DNA of 48,163 nucleotides from Chiloscyllium plagiosum. Lineage: Eukaryota. Location of the stretch: positions 114,026-162,188 of the forward strand of contig NW_025215377.1 of assembly GCF_004010195.1 (NCBI RefSeq), written 5' to 3'. The position numbers were made by a program, and so were the translations under genes. Of this stretch, positions 47,776-48,163 are shown piece by piece (position 1 is the first letter of the stretch; every line of letters starts with the position of its first letter). A model generated the notes under the pieces. It was not told the DNA's origin. It saw only the letters and a list, made by a program, of their open reading frames with translations, and searched no databases.

Positions 47776-48049
47776 GTCTCAAAATAATGGTTGGAGTATT
47801 TAAGAATGAGATGAGGCGGAATGCGTTCACTCAGACAGTGGAAAAGTCTCTACCCAGAGGGCTGTGAAAGTTCAATCATTAAGTCAGCTGATAAGAGAGA
47901 TGGATGGATTTCTCGAGACTAATGATATTTGTTAATGAACAAATAAAATCCGTGAGGTGTATCTCTCACAGGCACAAGGCTGTTTGAAGTGGAGTCAGGG
48001 GACCAATGGGTAGTTGATTGGGGGGGTGGGGGCGGGGAGGGGAGGTTAA

Positions 48050-48163
48050 AGCGGAGGAGGAAGTGCTGGTTGTGTTGAAACGGTTAAATCCCCAGGACCT
48101 GATCAGGTGTACCTGAGAACTCTGTGGGAACCTAGAGAAGTGATTGCTGGGCCTCTTGCTGAG
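48050..48163 (+). mobile_element. CR1 internal RT fragment, truncated by the window end
   Basis: EEVLVVLK...KSPGPDQVYLRTLWEPREVIAGPLAE. Confidence 0.75.

Noticed and set aside
32200..48163. Exons of a neighbouring gene such as PDE2A, which lies upstream of CLPB in human
   Set aside because: No translated segment resembled it; small exons could have been missed by eye.

Overview
Repeat-dense vertebrate DNA whose repeat content (HE1/V-type SINEs, CR1, L2, Rex1/Babar, Tx1 and Penelope-like elements) points to a shark, probably a carpet or bamboo shark (inference). The only gene I can support is the 5' part of CLPB (mitochondrial ankyrin-repeat AAA+ disaggregase, Skd3) on the minus strand. Its coding exons 1-4 lie at 31994-31442, 28743-28692, 13990-13904 and 3198-3095, with GT-AG introns and compatible phases; the gene continues past position 1. 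Exon 1 carries a 51-bp (17-aa) tandem expansion in the presequence, and the promoter has an inverted pair of ZNF143/THAP11-type motifs. The most striking non-genic signal is a set of minimal hammerhead-ribozyme motifs (CUGANGA / stem II / GAAA-palindrome-UH) in at least three unrelated Penelope-type terminal sequences. Many sit in short, often self-complementary insertions flanked by 11-17 bp direct repeats, on both strands of the CLPB introns. Hammerheads in Penelope-like elements are a known phenomenon; activity of these copies is untested. There are four assembly gaps. No second gene was recognised in 32.2-48.2 kb. Repeat boundaries are by eye and approximate.
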